The notes beneath the pieces were generated by a model. It saw only the letters and a program-made list of their open reading frames with translations, searched no databases and had not been told where the DNA came from. 64,000 nucleotides of DNA from Octopus sinensis (Eukaryota), in NCBI RefSeq assembly GCF_006345805.1, contig NC_042997.1, forward strand, positions 199,082,001 through 199,146,000, given 5' to 3'. Shown here piece by piece: positions 1 through 12,668 of this stretch; the stretch's first letter is position 1; each line of letters begins with the position of its first letter. The position numbers and the translations under genes are program-made.

Positions 1-71
1 TACTCGCTTGGTTGCACGTCTCTGAACAGTTTCCAGGAGGTCAATATTCCTGTTCTCTGTGATTTTTCTTT

Positions 72-226
72 GAGTGGCTGTGTGATAAGTAGCTTGTTTA
101 CCAACCACATGGTTCTGGATTCAGTCCCACTGCATGGCACCTTGGGCAAGTGTCTTCTATTATAGCCTCAGGCAGACCAAAGCCTTGTGAGTGGATTTGG
201 TAGACGGAAACTGAAAGAAGCCCGTC

Positions 227-295
<69 letters not shown>

Positions 296-492
296 GTATA
301 TGTTTGTTTGTCCCCCCACCATTGCTTGACAACCGATGCTGGTGTGTTTATGTCCCCGTAATTTAGTGGTTCGGCAAGAGAGACTGACAGAATAAGTACT
401 AGGCTTACAAAGAATAAGTCCTGGGGTCGATTTGCTCGACTAAAGGTGGCACTCCAGCATGGCCAGTCAAATGACTGAAACAAATAAGAGAG
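72..492 (+). mobile_element. tRNA-derived SINE family A (CORE-like body, central TA/TG microsatellite, shared 3' tail)
   Basis: Head gagtggctgtgtg...ggttctggattcagtccc with A/B-box-like motifs; body ggcaccttgggcaagtgtctt resembles the CORE motif; tail ends gactgaaacaaataagag. At least 10 similar copies in the window. Confidence 0.85.
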
Positions 493-866
493 TTAATCAA
501 TAAATTAAGTCATGCAATCTATTTCCAATTCTGTCTTGAATTGTTCTTTTTCTTCTTCAATCAGAGGGTATCCCTATTTTCTACATGATTTGTACTGAAG
601 CATTCAAGAAATAGTATTCCCTATTTTAGAGTCCCTGTACCCCAAAGTTTTTTCATTCAGGTAAAAGAATATATAACTGAAATAAAATTAAAAAATTTTT
701 ATTGAAGAGATTGTAGCAATATAGAAATAAATTCTGAATTAGTGACTCTAAGTTAGGATGAAATGAGAAATTGTCAGGTAGTGAATTTGTCAGAGTTTAA
801 TAATACTTTAAAGCACATTATAGAAATAAAAGATAAAATTTCAGATGTGGATAATTGTGGTTTGTT

Positions 867-1118
867 CCTTCTCAAGCCATGCATGGCTCATAAGGGCCAG
901 TTTCCCCAGTTTTGTCACAGGTGAGCTGCAAGATGCAGGAGGAAATAGTGAGAGAAAGTTGTGGCGAAAGAGTCAGCAGAAGTTTGCCATTACCTTCTGC
1001 TGGAGCCGCGTGAAGCTTAGGTGTTTCACTCATAAACACACACATCACCCAGTTTGAGATTTGAACCCACAATCCCTCGATTGCAAGTCTGCTGCTCTAA
1101 CCACTGGGCCATGCGCCT
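867..1118 (-). mobile_element. tRNA-derived SINE family B
   Basis: Reverse complement aggcgcatggcccagtggttagagcagcagac head plus caactttctctcact body, shared with 3597, 9378, 54541, 59132 and 62443. Confidence 0.8.
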
Positions 1119-1376
1119 CTATGATGCGGATAATTAGTGGGGAATTATTTAATTTTGGAATCTAACTCACATTTTATATTATCATTCTATAGTAAATAAT
1201 AAATTTAAAATATTTGATTAATCTAATTTAGAATTTGGTGGTGAGGTCATAGATTCATTACGGTATCGGATAGAATGCCACATGGTAGTTATTCAAGTTC
1301 TGTGGGTTTTGAGTTCAAAGTCCACTGCGGCCAACTTTATTTTTTATCCTTTCAAGGTTGATAAATAAAAGATATT

Positions 1377-1379
<3 letters not shown>

Positions 1380-1462
<83 letters not shown>

Positions 1463-1490
1463 ATCTCTATCTATCTATCTATCTATCTGT
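1380..1490. repeat. (CT)n then (ATCT)n microsatellite
   Basis: Directly visible. Confidence 0.95.
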
Positions 1491-1671
1491 GATAATGATC
1501 CCTATTGATCGATTTTTTCTTTTTCCTTTTCTTTTTATCCTCCCCCTTTTTTTCTTTCTTCTTTCATTCCTTTTACGATCCAAAACCCCCTTTTTTTTAT
1601 CCCCAAAAAGAAAAGCTCTACCTTGTAATTTGTCCCGTCTGTGTGCAGCCCTGTGTGGCTAATAAAGAAAC

Positions 1672-1816
1672 ATATCTATATCTATCTGTCTATCTATTTA
1701 TTTATATCTATCTATCTATCTATATCTATCTATCTATCTATATCTATCTATCTATTTATCTGTCTGTCTGTTTATATCTATCTATATCTATCTATCTATC
1801 TATCTATTTATATCTA

Positions 1817-1849
<33 letters not shown>

Positions 1850-1905
1850 ATCTATCTATATCTATCTATCTATCTATATCTATCTATCTATCTCTATCTA
1901 TCTGA
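1672..1905. repeat. Degenerate (ATCT/GTCT)n microsatellite
   Basis: Directly visible; it explains ORFs 1505..2032 and 1641..1991. Confidence 0.95.
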
Positions 1906-2299
1906 TATCATTTGTGCTCAGAAAGGGACAGGGTCCACCAGGTTTGAAATGCCCAAGACATGCCATAAGTCAGACCTGCAGTCTGTGGTAAGGGTTCAAG
2001 GAAGGTATTACTACTATTACTACTACTACTGACAAAGCTATTCACCTTTTTATTTCTTTTTTCCCCCTTACACTAAATTCCTTTAACAAACTGTCATTTC
2101 CCCTTGACATTTATTTCAAAATCGAACTTGTTTGTTAATAATACAACTTAATCTGAGATTATCTGTTAAAACTAAAGCAATTAAATTGTTAAAGAATCAT
2201 GCTTGTCTTTTAAAACATTTATTCTGTTGGATTCACTTTTGCTTTATGTAATAATGTTAATGGTTAAGAAAATTCTGTTACACACATCTAGGATCTGGT

Positions 2300-2590
2300 C
2301 AATGATATTATTCAAATTGCATTTCATTTGTTTCGTTTTTGGATTTGGTTTGCAAGATTCTTTATATGATTTCATGTGTTGAAGCATTTTCTGTTGTGTC
2401 TGGGTAGAATCATTTTGTTTTTGCGCCTTATAATTTAATACATTCAACGGTAAAATTTACACCACTTATTCCTCATTTTTATTTTCCTAAAATTTTTGTT
2501 GCATCTTGCAAACTTTTCAATAGACTTGACGAAAATTTTAGGAAAATAAAAATAAGAAATAAGGGGAAATTTCTCAGACACAACAGAATA
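2300..2590. mobile_element. Foldback MITE-like repeat, degenerate copy
   Basis: Homologous to 3924-4208; internal inverted arms (ttattttcctaaaattt / aaattttaggaaaataa). Confidence 0.6.
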
Positions 2591-3596
2591 TCATTTGTTG
2601 TTGTTAACTTAATTTCAGATGTTTTTAAGGACCAATTTTCAAAAGTATTTACTCTTTTTTTTCTTCTTTTTATTTATTTTTTTTCTTATAATACATATTT
2701 CATTCAATTTCTGATACAAAATAAAACAGGGAAAGACCTCACATCATCAGTACAAAACATAATAATCTATATTTGTAACAGATATTTTGAAAAGAAAAAA
2801 TAACCTTTTTGCATGTATTGACTCAATAATGATTATAAAATCTGTTTTATTCATCGAGTCTTTGATCTTTATTTCATTGTTTTCTTGTATAACTCCAGAC
2901 ATTGTATTTCGTTAAAGATTTTTAAAGGGAAGTACGTTTATTTTCATGCCCTCCCACCTGCACACACGCCCAGCCCCGCCTTAGCCTTAATTTCTCCACT
3001 GTTAATTTCAGACCGTTTTTGAATACCGTGTTGAAGATATTTATTAAGCTAACACTTATCAGTTTGTCATAGCAACATTGCTGTCAGGTAAAATGCACCT
3101 TAAGATAACGGGTTTTTGTCACATGTAATCAATACAGATGCCAATAGTTGAATAAGGCTTTTCTTCTTAGAGATCTATTACTTGAATAAAACAACAACAA
3201 TAACACAAATAATGGCTGAAACCCAAGTAACAACAACAAGAAGAAGAAGAGCAACGCCAGTAATATGTATAAATAAATTGAACAACATTAATAGTGTACT
3301 AGCTTACACAAATTATTGATTTGCATATTGCTAATTGCTCAATTATGCTATTTCTTACTCATTGAGCCAACAACAATTATAGTAAAGCAGAATCAATTTG
3401 AAGCAGCATACAAATTTGTCTAATTTATGTCTTGGGATGTAGATGTTGGTAAATGCTATTTCCTTTAGTGCTTTTTTTTTTTCATACCTGTTGCAACCTA
3501 TTACATCAGCCTCATGCTCAGGTGAAGCAACGTTATTTGAGGAAATCTGATTTTTGGATTATCTTCCTTCTATTATTAAATCCATGAAAATGTTAG

Positions 3597-3895
3597 AAGG
3601 CACATGGCCTAGTGGTTAGAGCAGCAGACTCGCGGTCAAGGGATTGCGGGTTTGAATCTCAGACCGGACGATGTGTGTATTTATGAGCGAAACACCTAAG
3701 CTCCACGTGGCTCCGGCAGAATGTAATGGCGAAACTTCTGCTGACGATTTCGCCACAACTTTCTCTCACTCTTTCTTCCTGCATCTTGCAGCTCACCTAT
3801 GACGGACCGGTGTCCCGTCCAGGTGGGGAACCTATACGCCAAGAAACCAGGAAACCAGCCCTTATGAGCCAGGCATGGCTCGAGAAGGAACAAAC
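3597..3895 (+). mobile_element. tRNA-derived SINE family B
   Basis: aaggcacatggcctagtggttagagcagcagactcgcgg head; same body as the other B copies. Confidence 0.85.
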
Positions 3896-3923
3896 AATAA
3901 AAACAGGAAAATGTTACCTGAAG

Positions 3924-4208
3924 AATTTCGTTTTTGGATTTGGTTTGCAAGATTCTTTATATGAGTTTGTGTGTCGAAGCATATTCTGTTGTGTCTGGGG
4001 AGAGTCATTTTCTTTTTGTGCCTTATGATATAACACACTCACCGGTAAAATTTCCACTAATTTCTTATTTTTATTTTCCTTTTGAAAAGGTTGCAAGACG
4101 CAATGAAAATTTTAGGAAAATAAAAATAAGAAAAAAGGGGAAATTTTACCGGTGAGTGTGTTACATTATAAGGCACAAAAAGAAAATGACTCTCTCCAGA
4201 CACAACAA
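3924..4208. mobile_element. Foldback MITE-like element with about 92-bp inverted arms and an 11-bp flanking direct repeat
   Basis: Arms 3989-4080 and 4114-4205; gttacctgaag at 3913-3923 and 4209-4219. Confidence 0.65.
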
Positions 4209-4310
4209 GTTACCTGAAGTCTTTGAGGTGAAACTTGTATCCAAACGAATAAACAAAGGAGTGTCTACAAGGTTACTTGCCCCAATAGAAATTAAAGACA
4301 AAGGCCCCTA

Positions 4311-4698
4311 GGCGTGGCTGTGTGGTAAGAAGCTTGCTTCCCAACCACATGGTTTCAGGTTCATTTCCACCACATGGTGCCTTGGGGAGGTGTCTTCTAC
4401 TATAGCCTCAGGACGACCAAAGTGTTGTGAGTGGATTTGGTTGACAGAAACTGAAAGAAGCCTGTAATATGTATACACACACGTGTGTGTGAGTACTCTT
4501 TATTCTTTACTCTTTTACTTGTTTCAGTCATTTGACTGTAGCCATGCTGTAGCACCGCCTTTAGTCGAGCAAATCAACCCCAGGACTTATTGTTTGTAAG
4601 CCTAGTACTTATTCTATCGGTCTCTTTTGCCGAACTGCTAAGTTACGGGGATGTAAACATACCACCATCGGTTGTTAAGCGATGTTGGGGGGGCAAAC

Positions 4699-4731
<33 letters not shown>

Positions 4732-5100
4732 GTTATATACAACGGGCTTCTTTCAGTTTCCATCTACCAAATCCATTCACAAGGCTTTGGTCTGCCCGAA
4801 GATGTAGTAGAAGACACTTGCCCAAGGTGCCATGCAGTGGAACTGGACCCGGAACCATGTAGTTGGTAAGCAAGCTACTTACTACACAGCCACAATTGTG
4901 TCTATGTTTGCCCCCCACTACTGCTTGACAACCAATCTTGGTATGTTTACATCCCTGTAACTTAGTGGTTTGGCAAAAGAGACTGACAGAATAAGTACCA
5001 GACTTTAAAATAGTGCCATGGTGAATTACATTGGACTAAGAATTCTTCAAGGCAGTACTCCAGCATGGCCACAGTCTAATGACTGAAACAAGTAAACAAA
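4311..5100. mobile_element. SINE family A (+) interrupted by an antisense family A copy (4495-4893)
   Basis: Head/body 4311-4465 (+), full minus copy 4495-4893, tail resumes 4896-5100 (+). Confidence 0.8.
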
Positions 5101-5194
5101 TATATTTATAATGGTATTGAATAATCAGGAGCATCCAAAGCATGTGAACAGAAAGGAAGTGGTTGGTTATAGCTGGAATGGTTTTTGTCATGAG

Positions 5195-5760
5195 TTCGCA
5201 TGATCAAGGCTGACTTTATAATAATAATAATGAAATTTTGTATACAGTGCTCAGGTGCACCACAACTTGTCAAACGTGTGTATAAAGTATATGCAGTAAT
5301 GTACAAATGTCTGGGAAGTGAACAATGCATGAGTCAGATACATGCTTGCATGTGTATGGAGGGGAGAAAATCAGGTGTAGTGTTGGCGAATCTCAGGAAG
5401 CATGGAAGCTTTGAAGGATGCAGTGCTCCGACAACGAACAACTGATGCCGGCAGTTTGTTCTATGCTGCAGCAACTCTTAGTATGAAAAAAATGTTTCTG
5501 AAAGTCATGGGAGCTGTGCTGTTTTCTGACTTTGTAAACATGTCCATGAGTGTTAGACAGGTGGAGTTTGAAAAGGTGCTCAGAGTTATTGTTTGTAAGA
5601 TGGTTAATAATTTTATGGGTGTCTGCCAAGTCAGCTGCCAGACGTCGGAGTTTCAATGTGTCCATGCCCAGGAAAGTAAGGCATTCAGAATATGGCAAAT
5701 GCCTGGTGGACAGTATTCTCTTTGGGACTAAGCAGTAGCAACAACTCACAATTAAAAGAC
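5195..5760 (-). mobile_element. CR1-type LINE 3' end
   Basis: Minus ORF has LPYSECLTFLGMDTLKLRRLAADL and THGHVYKVRK...KHFF, matching the CR1 C-terminal pattern LPYeeRL..LgL.sL..RR..gDL / TRGH..KL; (ATT)n tail near 5219. Confidence 0.8.
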
Positions 5761-5807
5761 ACATGACAAGACAGTATGTTTGATTTGTACTCTACAACGG
5801 TATTTAT

Positions 5808-6249
5808 ACTAGCAGTATAGCCCGGAGTTGCTTGGGTTTGTTTTTTAGTTGCACTTAAAACGGCAGACTTTGATGTCATGTTAGCAAAGTTTTGACATAG
5901 TTTCAATTCTTTTTAAAAAGTAAAAATTTTGCATTATGTAGCTTGTCATTCTCTTTAAGTGAACATTTTTCTGGTTGAAATACACCGAAAATGGCAACAC
6001 AGCAGTCAAAAAATCGTAAAAAATAGGGATTTTCATAGAAAAAAAGCACCTTTTTGATGTTAGTAATTTTTGGTCTTAACCTGGTCTGATTTGAATTTTT
6101 TCTTCTACAGAATGAAGAGCAAGCCTTCTTCTATCATACTCTCAATTTTGGTCAACTTGTGCCGCAGGGTCTTGGAGGAGATAGTGTTAGTTGAAGGCTA
6201 CCAAACCTACCACACACACAGAGAAAACTTCAGCTTCATATGTATAGAT
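5808..6249 (+). mobile_element. Helitron-like non-autonomous element (HINE/DINE-type)
   Basis: Starts actagcagtatagcccggagttgcttggg (subterminal hairpin), has an internal CA run and ends atatgtatagat. A related start is seen at about 14553. Confidence 0.55.
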
Positions 6250-7403
6250 AAAGGAAGACTAAGAGGGACTTTATAGTTGTTCTCGCCAGGAATGTGACAC
6301 TAGCACATCAGAAGATAGTAGCATTACAATGTTGGGGAGAGAAAGAGAGAAGAGGAGCGATGCAAAATGATATTTAATGCAAATTAATGATGAGCAAATA
6401 TTTGGAAAGTTTAAATAGCTGTTTAAATTGGAAATAAAAAGAATTTGGCTGCAAAATTGTTATGTTAGGAAGAAGAAGAAGAAGAATAACAAAAAGAAGA
6501 AAAAAGAGGAAAGAAAGCAGGCATTGATTCAAAGTGTCTAATAATTGGATTTTGTGTATTTTCATTAAATTCTTAGATTAGATGAGTTTTGGAAACATTT
6601 AGTAAATTACTAAGCTCAAGAGTTGAAATAACGTGATGCAAATGGATTAAGATTGCATGAAAGCTTGAATTAGATTCAAATAGGCATAAATAGAGCATGT
6701 ATAAAATATATATAATTTGGTGTAGAATGGCTTGTTCCTGTAATGGTTATTTTTTTTTTTCCAGCAGAATGTCCCTTCTTATTGGCCATTAAGAGGATAA
6801 AGTGTAATTTATATGACTGTCTCCTAGCTTAGAAGTGTAAAAGCTCAGAAGACCATGATTTGCTCCAACATAAAAATATAATGTCACTGCCAATACACAT
6901 TTCATTTATAGGTCTTACATGTCCAGAACAAATAACTAAACAGATGGTATAAATATTGATTTATGGAAAATCTGCTTGGTTTGTGTTTTAGTCAAACACA
7001 TGATGAAATGACAAAAAAAAGTACAAAAACAGTATATATAATATATATATAGATATATATATATATATATAAGCGGACGTCAAACGATGATGATGATGAT
7101 ATATTGATATATATATACATATATATATATATAAATGTTAATAGTCTCAAATTTGAAAAAAAAGTTGCTATTTAGCACCTCCTCCACACATCACTACCTC
7201 TTATCAGTAAATTCTCTCTCTCTCTCTTTTTCTTTCTTTACTTCAATCATTCATCAAAGCATCTATATGCACACACTATATACGCTGCTTGCAAGATAAC
7301 TTTATGGTGTGTGAGTGTATGTGAGTGCAGGTGTGTGTGTGTTGTACCTATCCATCCAATACATGCTGGCATGGAAAAACAGATGTAAAATGAATGAAAA
7401 ACA

Positions 7404-7436
<33 letters not shown>

Positions 7437-7469
7437 TATATATATATTTGTATAATAATAATAATAATA

Positions 7470-8190
7470 ATGAACTTTATTGTATACAGTACTTTCTTGT
7501 ATACAGTACTCATCGGAAAAGGTTAAAAGAGGGGACAGAAAGGAGCCCTAAATCAAGCGAAGAAAATTAGCAATGAAAGCTTAAAGTACATGCACATTGC
7601 ACAAAATAAAACACAAAGAAAAGAAAAATAAACAATAAAAGTTGTATAAAAAAGAAAAAGATGCCTAGGCATGTCAGGAATAATGCTGGTGAATTTCAGG
7701 AAACAGGAGGAAATTTTTGAAGGATGCAGTGTCCCAATACTAGCAATTTATTCCATGCTTTAGCAATTCTGAGTGTGAAAAAATGTTTCTGAAATTCATG
7801 GGTGCAGCTCAGGCCTCCGTGCCAGTGGCACGTAAAAAGCACCATCCAATTGTGGCCGTTTGCCAGCCTCGTCTGGCACCTGTGCCGGTGGCAGGTAAAA
7901 AGCACCCACTACACTCACGGAGTGGTTGGCGTTAGGAAGGGCATCCAGCTGTAGAAACACTGCCAGATCAGACTGGGCCGGGTGCAGCCTTCTGGCTTCC
8001 CAGACCCCAGTTGAACCGTCCAACCCATGCTAGCATGGAAATGGACGCTAAACAATGATGAACGATGATAAGCATGTTCATGAGTGGTAGAGGTACTGGA
8101 TTTAAAAAGGTGGTCAAACTTGTTCTTAGAAAGATGACAGATAAACTTGTGGGCTTCTATCAGGTCAACCACTAAATGCTGCATTCTCAT
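7470..8190 (-). mobile_element. CR1-type LINE 3' end, interrupted
   Basis: HEFQKHFFTLRIAKAWNKL motif on the minus strand; homologous to 5195-5760; split by the insertion at 7802-8070. Confidence 0.7.
7802..8070 (+). mobile_element. Short copy of the RTE LINE 3' end
   Basis: Matches 49740-50000 (gtgccggtggca, ggaagggcatccagc, ggacgctaaac plus GAT tail). Confidence 0.85.
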
Positions 8191-8526
8191 TATGACCCCC
8201 TTCGGTCATGAATGACCATGGGATTGCACCTAGAAAGTTACCCTCCTAGACACAAGTCCGGGCAAGGTTGTTTATGGAAGACCAGCAGTCGCCCATGCAT
8301 ACCAGCCTCCCCTCTCCACGCCACTAGTGTTATCCAAGGGAAAGACAAAGGTCGATACAGCTTGGCACCAGTGACGTCGCAACTCATTTCTACAGCTGAG
8401 TGAACTGGAGCAACGTGAAATAAAGTGCCTTGCTCAAGAACACAACACGCAGCCCGGTCCGGGATTCGAGCTCACAACCTCACGATCGTAAGCTCGACGC
8501 TCTAACCACTGAGCCATGCACCTTCA
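8190..8526 (-). mobile_element. tRNA-derived SINE family C
   Basis: Near-exact reverse complement of 45670-46006; tRNA head plus tgtgttcttgagcaaggcactt CORE-like motif. Confidence 0.85.
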
Positions 8527-8607
8527 TTATGCCTGCAGAAGCAACACATTGAAAGTTATGGTACATGACGGTACCATAACAGACAGGATCTAACTTGGGG
8601 TCTGCAA

Positions 8608-8912
8608 AGGCGGTGAGCTGGCAAAAACATTAGAACGCTGGGCGAAATGCTTATCAGGATTTCATCTGTCTTTACGTTCTGGCGAGTTGGCAGAAACGTT
8701 AGCACGCCGGGCGAAATGCGTAGAAATGCGTAGCTGTATTTCGTCTGCCGTTCCGAGTTCAAATTCCGCCGAGGTCGACTTTGCCTTTCATCGTTTCGGG
8801 GTCGATAAATTAAGTACCAGTTACGCACTGGGGGTCGACGTAATCAACTTGATCCGTTTGTCTGTCCTTGTTTATCCCCTCTGTGTTTAGCCCCATGTGG
8901 GTAGTAAAGAAA
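8608..8912 (+). mobile_element. tRNA-derived SINE family D (central gcctttcatcctttcggggtcgataaa domain), duplicated head
   Basis: ggcggtgagctggca head, gagttcaaattcc B box; the central domain resembles MetaSINE-type domains (from memory, unverified). Confidence 0.8.
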
Positions 8913-9377
8913 CAAATACAAATCATTCAAATATCATTTTCTTTTAAATATCTGTCTTTTTCCATGGCAGAATGGCTGATAAATTAATGAAGTTATGCAA
9001 TATATTGTAACACGAAGTAGGTTACTATGTATTTGAGGTCATTTGGTAAATATCTATAAAGAAACAAAATTTTGTGTATACCAAACATTAAAGCATTTTA
9101 TCTCAATCCAGTATGCAATAAATTTTTCAGCTAAATTTGTAATATCTGTTCATTATCTTAGAGACCATCACCCAGTTGCTATTCATTAGAATATATTTTA
9201 AGTATCTAATTTATGAGAATTTAAATTGTTTTGTTTAGATATGAAGTTGAGGTCATGAAATTATTTCTGCTTTCCATTTCTCTTTGATGCACAAGTTACA
9301 ATATTTTCATCTGCTGCAATTTGCTAGGAGCCACCATTATATAATTCTGTTTATATGCATATATATATTATTGAAAC

Positions 9378-9670
9378 GGAGGCGCAATGGCCTAGTGGTT
9401 AGGGCAGCGAACTCGCGGTCGTAGGATCGCGGTTTCTTGTGAGTGTTTATTAAGCGAAAACACCTAAAGCTCCACGAGGCTCCGGCAGGGGGTGGTGGCG
9501 ATCCCTGCTGTACTCTTTCGCCACAACTTTCTCTCACTCTTTCTTCTGTTGGCCTGCTCGCTTAGCCAGCGGGGTGGCGTCATTTGAAGGCTAAAACAAT
9601 GCGAAGCGCATTATGATCAGCGATGTCTAACAACATTTGATGGCCTGGTCGGTCACGGTGATCATAGTGA
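9378..9670 (+). mobile_element. tRNA-derived SINE family B
   Basis: ggaggcgcaatggcctagtggttagggcagcg head. Confidence 0.85.
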
Positions 9671-9881
9671 TATTATTGAAACAGAAGTATTTGCTATTTG
9701 CTGTCTGTATCACATTTCATTATGCATGACTATATCCAGATGGTTGCAACATCTTCCCAATGCTAAAGAGCACCATTAAAAATCCATCAATTCAATAGAA
9801 TTCTTCACAAAATATCCATCGAACAATTCTTTTACTTAGCATAAATCTTAAAGTTATGGAACAGTATCCATCTTCAATTGT

Positions 9882-10467
9882 AGGCGTTGGAGTGGCTGTG
9901 TGGTTAGTAGCTTGCTTACCAACCACATGGTTCCGGATTCAGTCCCACTGCGTGGCACCTTGGGAAAGTGTCTTCTACTATAGCCTCGGGCCGACCAAAG
10001 ACTTGTAAGTGGATTTGATAGACGGAAACTGAAAGAAACCCGTCGTGTATATGTGTATATATATATATACTCTTTTTACTCTTTTACTTGTTTCAGTCAT
10101 TTGACTGCGGCCATGCTGGAGCACCGCCTTTAGTCGGGCAAATCAACCCCAGGACTTATTCTTTGTAAGCCCAGTACTTATTCTATCAGTCTCTTTTGCC
10201 GAACCGCTAAGTAAACACACCAGCATCGGTTGTCAAGCAATGCTAGGGGGACAAACACAGACACACAGACATATACACACACACTTATATATATATACAT
10301 CTATACGACAGGCTTCTTTCAGTTTCCGTCTACCAAATCCACTCACAAGGCATTGGTCAGCCCGGGGCTATAGCAGAAAACACTTGCCCAAGATGCCACG
10401 CAGTGGGACTGAACCCAGAACCATGTTGTTCGTTAGCAATCTACTTACCACACAGCCACTCCTGCAC

Positions 10468-10502
<35 letters not shown>

Positions 10503-10840
10503 AAATTTTTCGAAAAAAAATTCCATCAATGGCCAGCAAATTAAAAAGTACCTTAAAAGTTAAATTATAAGCAACTTATAAATTGCCCTTGTTTATAAGT
10601 TGTATATATATATATATTATATATATATACATACACGTATGTATTTGTGTTTGTCCCCCCAACATCACTTGACAACCGATGCTGGTGTGTTTACATCCCC
10701 ATAACTTAGCGGTTCGGCAAAAGAGACTGATAGAATAAGTACTAGGCTTACAAAGAATAAGTCCTGGGGTCGATTTGCTTGACTAAAGGCAATGCTCCAG
10801 CATGGCCAAAGTCAAATGACCGAAACAAGGAAAAGAGTAC
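9882..10840. mobile_element. SINE family A (+) interrupted by an antisense family A copy (10068-10466)
   Basis: Head 9882-10046 (+), full minus copy, tail 10641-10840 (+). Confidence 0.75.
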
Positions 10841-10894
10841 TATACTATTGTTGTTTTAATTCAGCACACAGCCAGCAATCTTTTAGCTCTTAGC

Positions 10895-11845
10895 TGCTCC
10901 AGTGCTGTTGGTACAACAGGCCACAAGCCTTCTCTAAATATCCTGAGTGTTTGCTTTCCTTCCAGCTCCACTCAGGCCAACTCTCATCACTGTTATGTCG
11001 ACCTAGAATCTACTGTGTCACATTATCTTTGGTCTTCTGCTCGAGTCTTTTTCCTCCTTCTGGTGTCCGCTCCATTAAGATGGTAGTATGTCTGTCCTGT
11101 GGTAACCAAAGTGTATGGCCAGTAAACTGTATAAGACGACAAGCTGGCAGAAATGTCAGCATGCCGGGTGAAATATTTAGCGGTATTTCATCTGCCCGCT
11201 ACGTTCTGAGTTCAAATTCCGCCAAGGTTGACTTTGCCTTTCATCCTTTCGGGGTCGATTAAATAAGTACCAGTTACGCACTGGGGTCGATATAATCAAC
11301 TTAATCCTTTTGTCTGTCGTTGTTTGTCCTCTCTGTGTTTAGCCCCTTGTGGGTAGTAAAGAAATAGGTATTTCGTCTGCCGTTACGTTCTGAGTTCAAA
11401 TCCCGCCGAGGTCGACTTTGCCTTTCATCCTTTTGGGGGTCAATAAATTAAGCACCAGTTACACACTGGAGTCGGTGTAATCGACTAAATCCCTTTGTCT
11501 GTCCTTGTTTGTTCCCTCTATGTTTAGCCCCTTGTGGGTAGTAAAGAAATAGGTGTTTCGTCTGCCGTTACATTCTGAGTTCAAATTCTGCCAAGGTCGA
11601 CTTTGCCTTTCATCCCTTTGGGGGTCAATAAATTAAGTACCAGTTACACACTGGGGTTGATGTAATCGACTGAATCCTTTTGTCTGTCCTTGTTTGTCCC
11701 CTCTATGTTTAGCCCCTTGTGGGCAATAAAGAAGAAAGTAAACTGTATCACTACTTGGTCACTACATCCTGGAAACTTCCCATACTCACTCTTGTTGTCA
11801 TTTCTTCATTTCTCACTCTGCCCTTGTAAGATATGTCCAGGATTG
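10895..11845 (-). mobile_element. Decayed RTE-type LINE C-terminus split by a SINE trimer
   Basis: Minus translations LDISYKGRVRNEEM (about 11780-11845) and RRLIQFTGHTL...RRPK (about 11000-11140) resemble the RTE thumb/C-terminus. Confidence 0.55.
11133..11736 (+). mobile_element. Head-to-tail trimer of SINE family D with a 12-bp TSD
   Basis: Three body units of about 185 bp after one head; agtaaactgtat at 11121-11132 and 11737-11748. Confidence 0.85.
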
Positions 11846-11979
11846 AATGTAGGCAAAAAGGTTTAGTCAATACCATCAATCTCCATACTAGACTGATGGT
11901 GTATTTCATTGAGCCTGGAGAAAATTAATGTTGGTGAGATTTCAAACCAAGAATATAAAGAGCTGGAACAAATACCCAT

Positions 11980-12205
11980 TTCTTTACTACCCACAAGGAG
12001 CTAAACACAGAGCGGACAAACAAGGACAGACATAGGTATTAAGTCGATTACATCGACCCCAGTGCGTAACTGGTACTTATTTAATCGACCCCGAAAGGAT
12101 GAAAGGCAAAGTTGACCTCGGCGGAATTTGAACTCACAACGTAACGGCAGACGAAATACCGCTAAGCATTTTGCCCGGCGTCCTAACGTTTCTGCCAGCT
12201 CGCAT
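11980..12205 (-). mobile_element. SINE family D
   Basis: Reverse complement of the family D consensus. Confidence 0.85.
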
Positions 12206-12328
12206 TTTGTCCAACACTCTAACAGTTCTGCTAGCTCACAACTTTTAGCTACTATATTATAAGAAAAGTAGTTAGATTGACTAAAGTATAGTATAATCAC
12301 AATTTTATTCAGGAAACCACTAGCAAAC

Positions 12329-12360
<32 letters not shown>

Positions 12361-12668
12361 GTAGATAGGGTGTTGCATTCACAGTCTTGCGATTGTGGTT
12401 TCAATTCCTAGACCGAGTGGCGCATTGTGTTCTTGAGCAAGACACTTCATCTCTCATTGCTCTGCAATGACCTTTGACTCCTGAATCATAGCACACTGAG
12501 CACTTGTTTAGGCAATGTCAGTTTGATGGAGTGGGTGAGCTAATTGTACAGCACATACATTTGATCACTCTAAACAAATCATTTCTGCCGGTCATTCAGC
12601 AAAAATGCTGGACACTCATACATTGTATTCAACTGGAAAATCCATCATCATCATCGCTATTATTATTA

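Noticed and set aside
4209-4245. ctgaagtctttgaggtgaaacttgta as an HHR
   Set aside because: The core lacks A9 and there is no convincing stem II.
11133-11736. CRISPR-like regular repeats (also the subrepeats in the RTE 3' UTR)
   Set aside because: The units are whole SINE bodies without unique spacers, the context is eukaryotic, and there are no cas genes.
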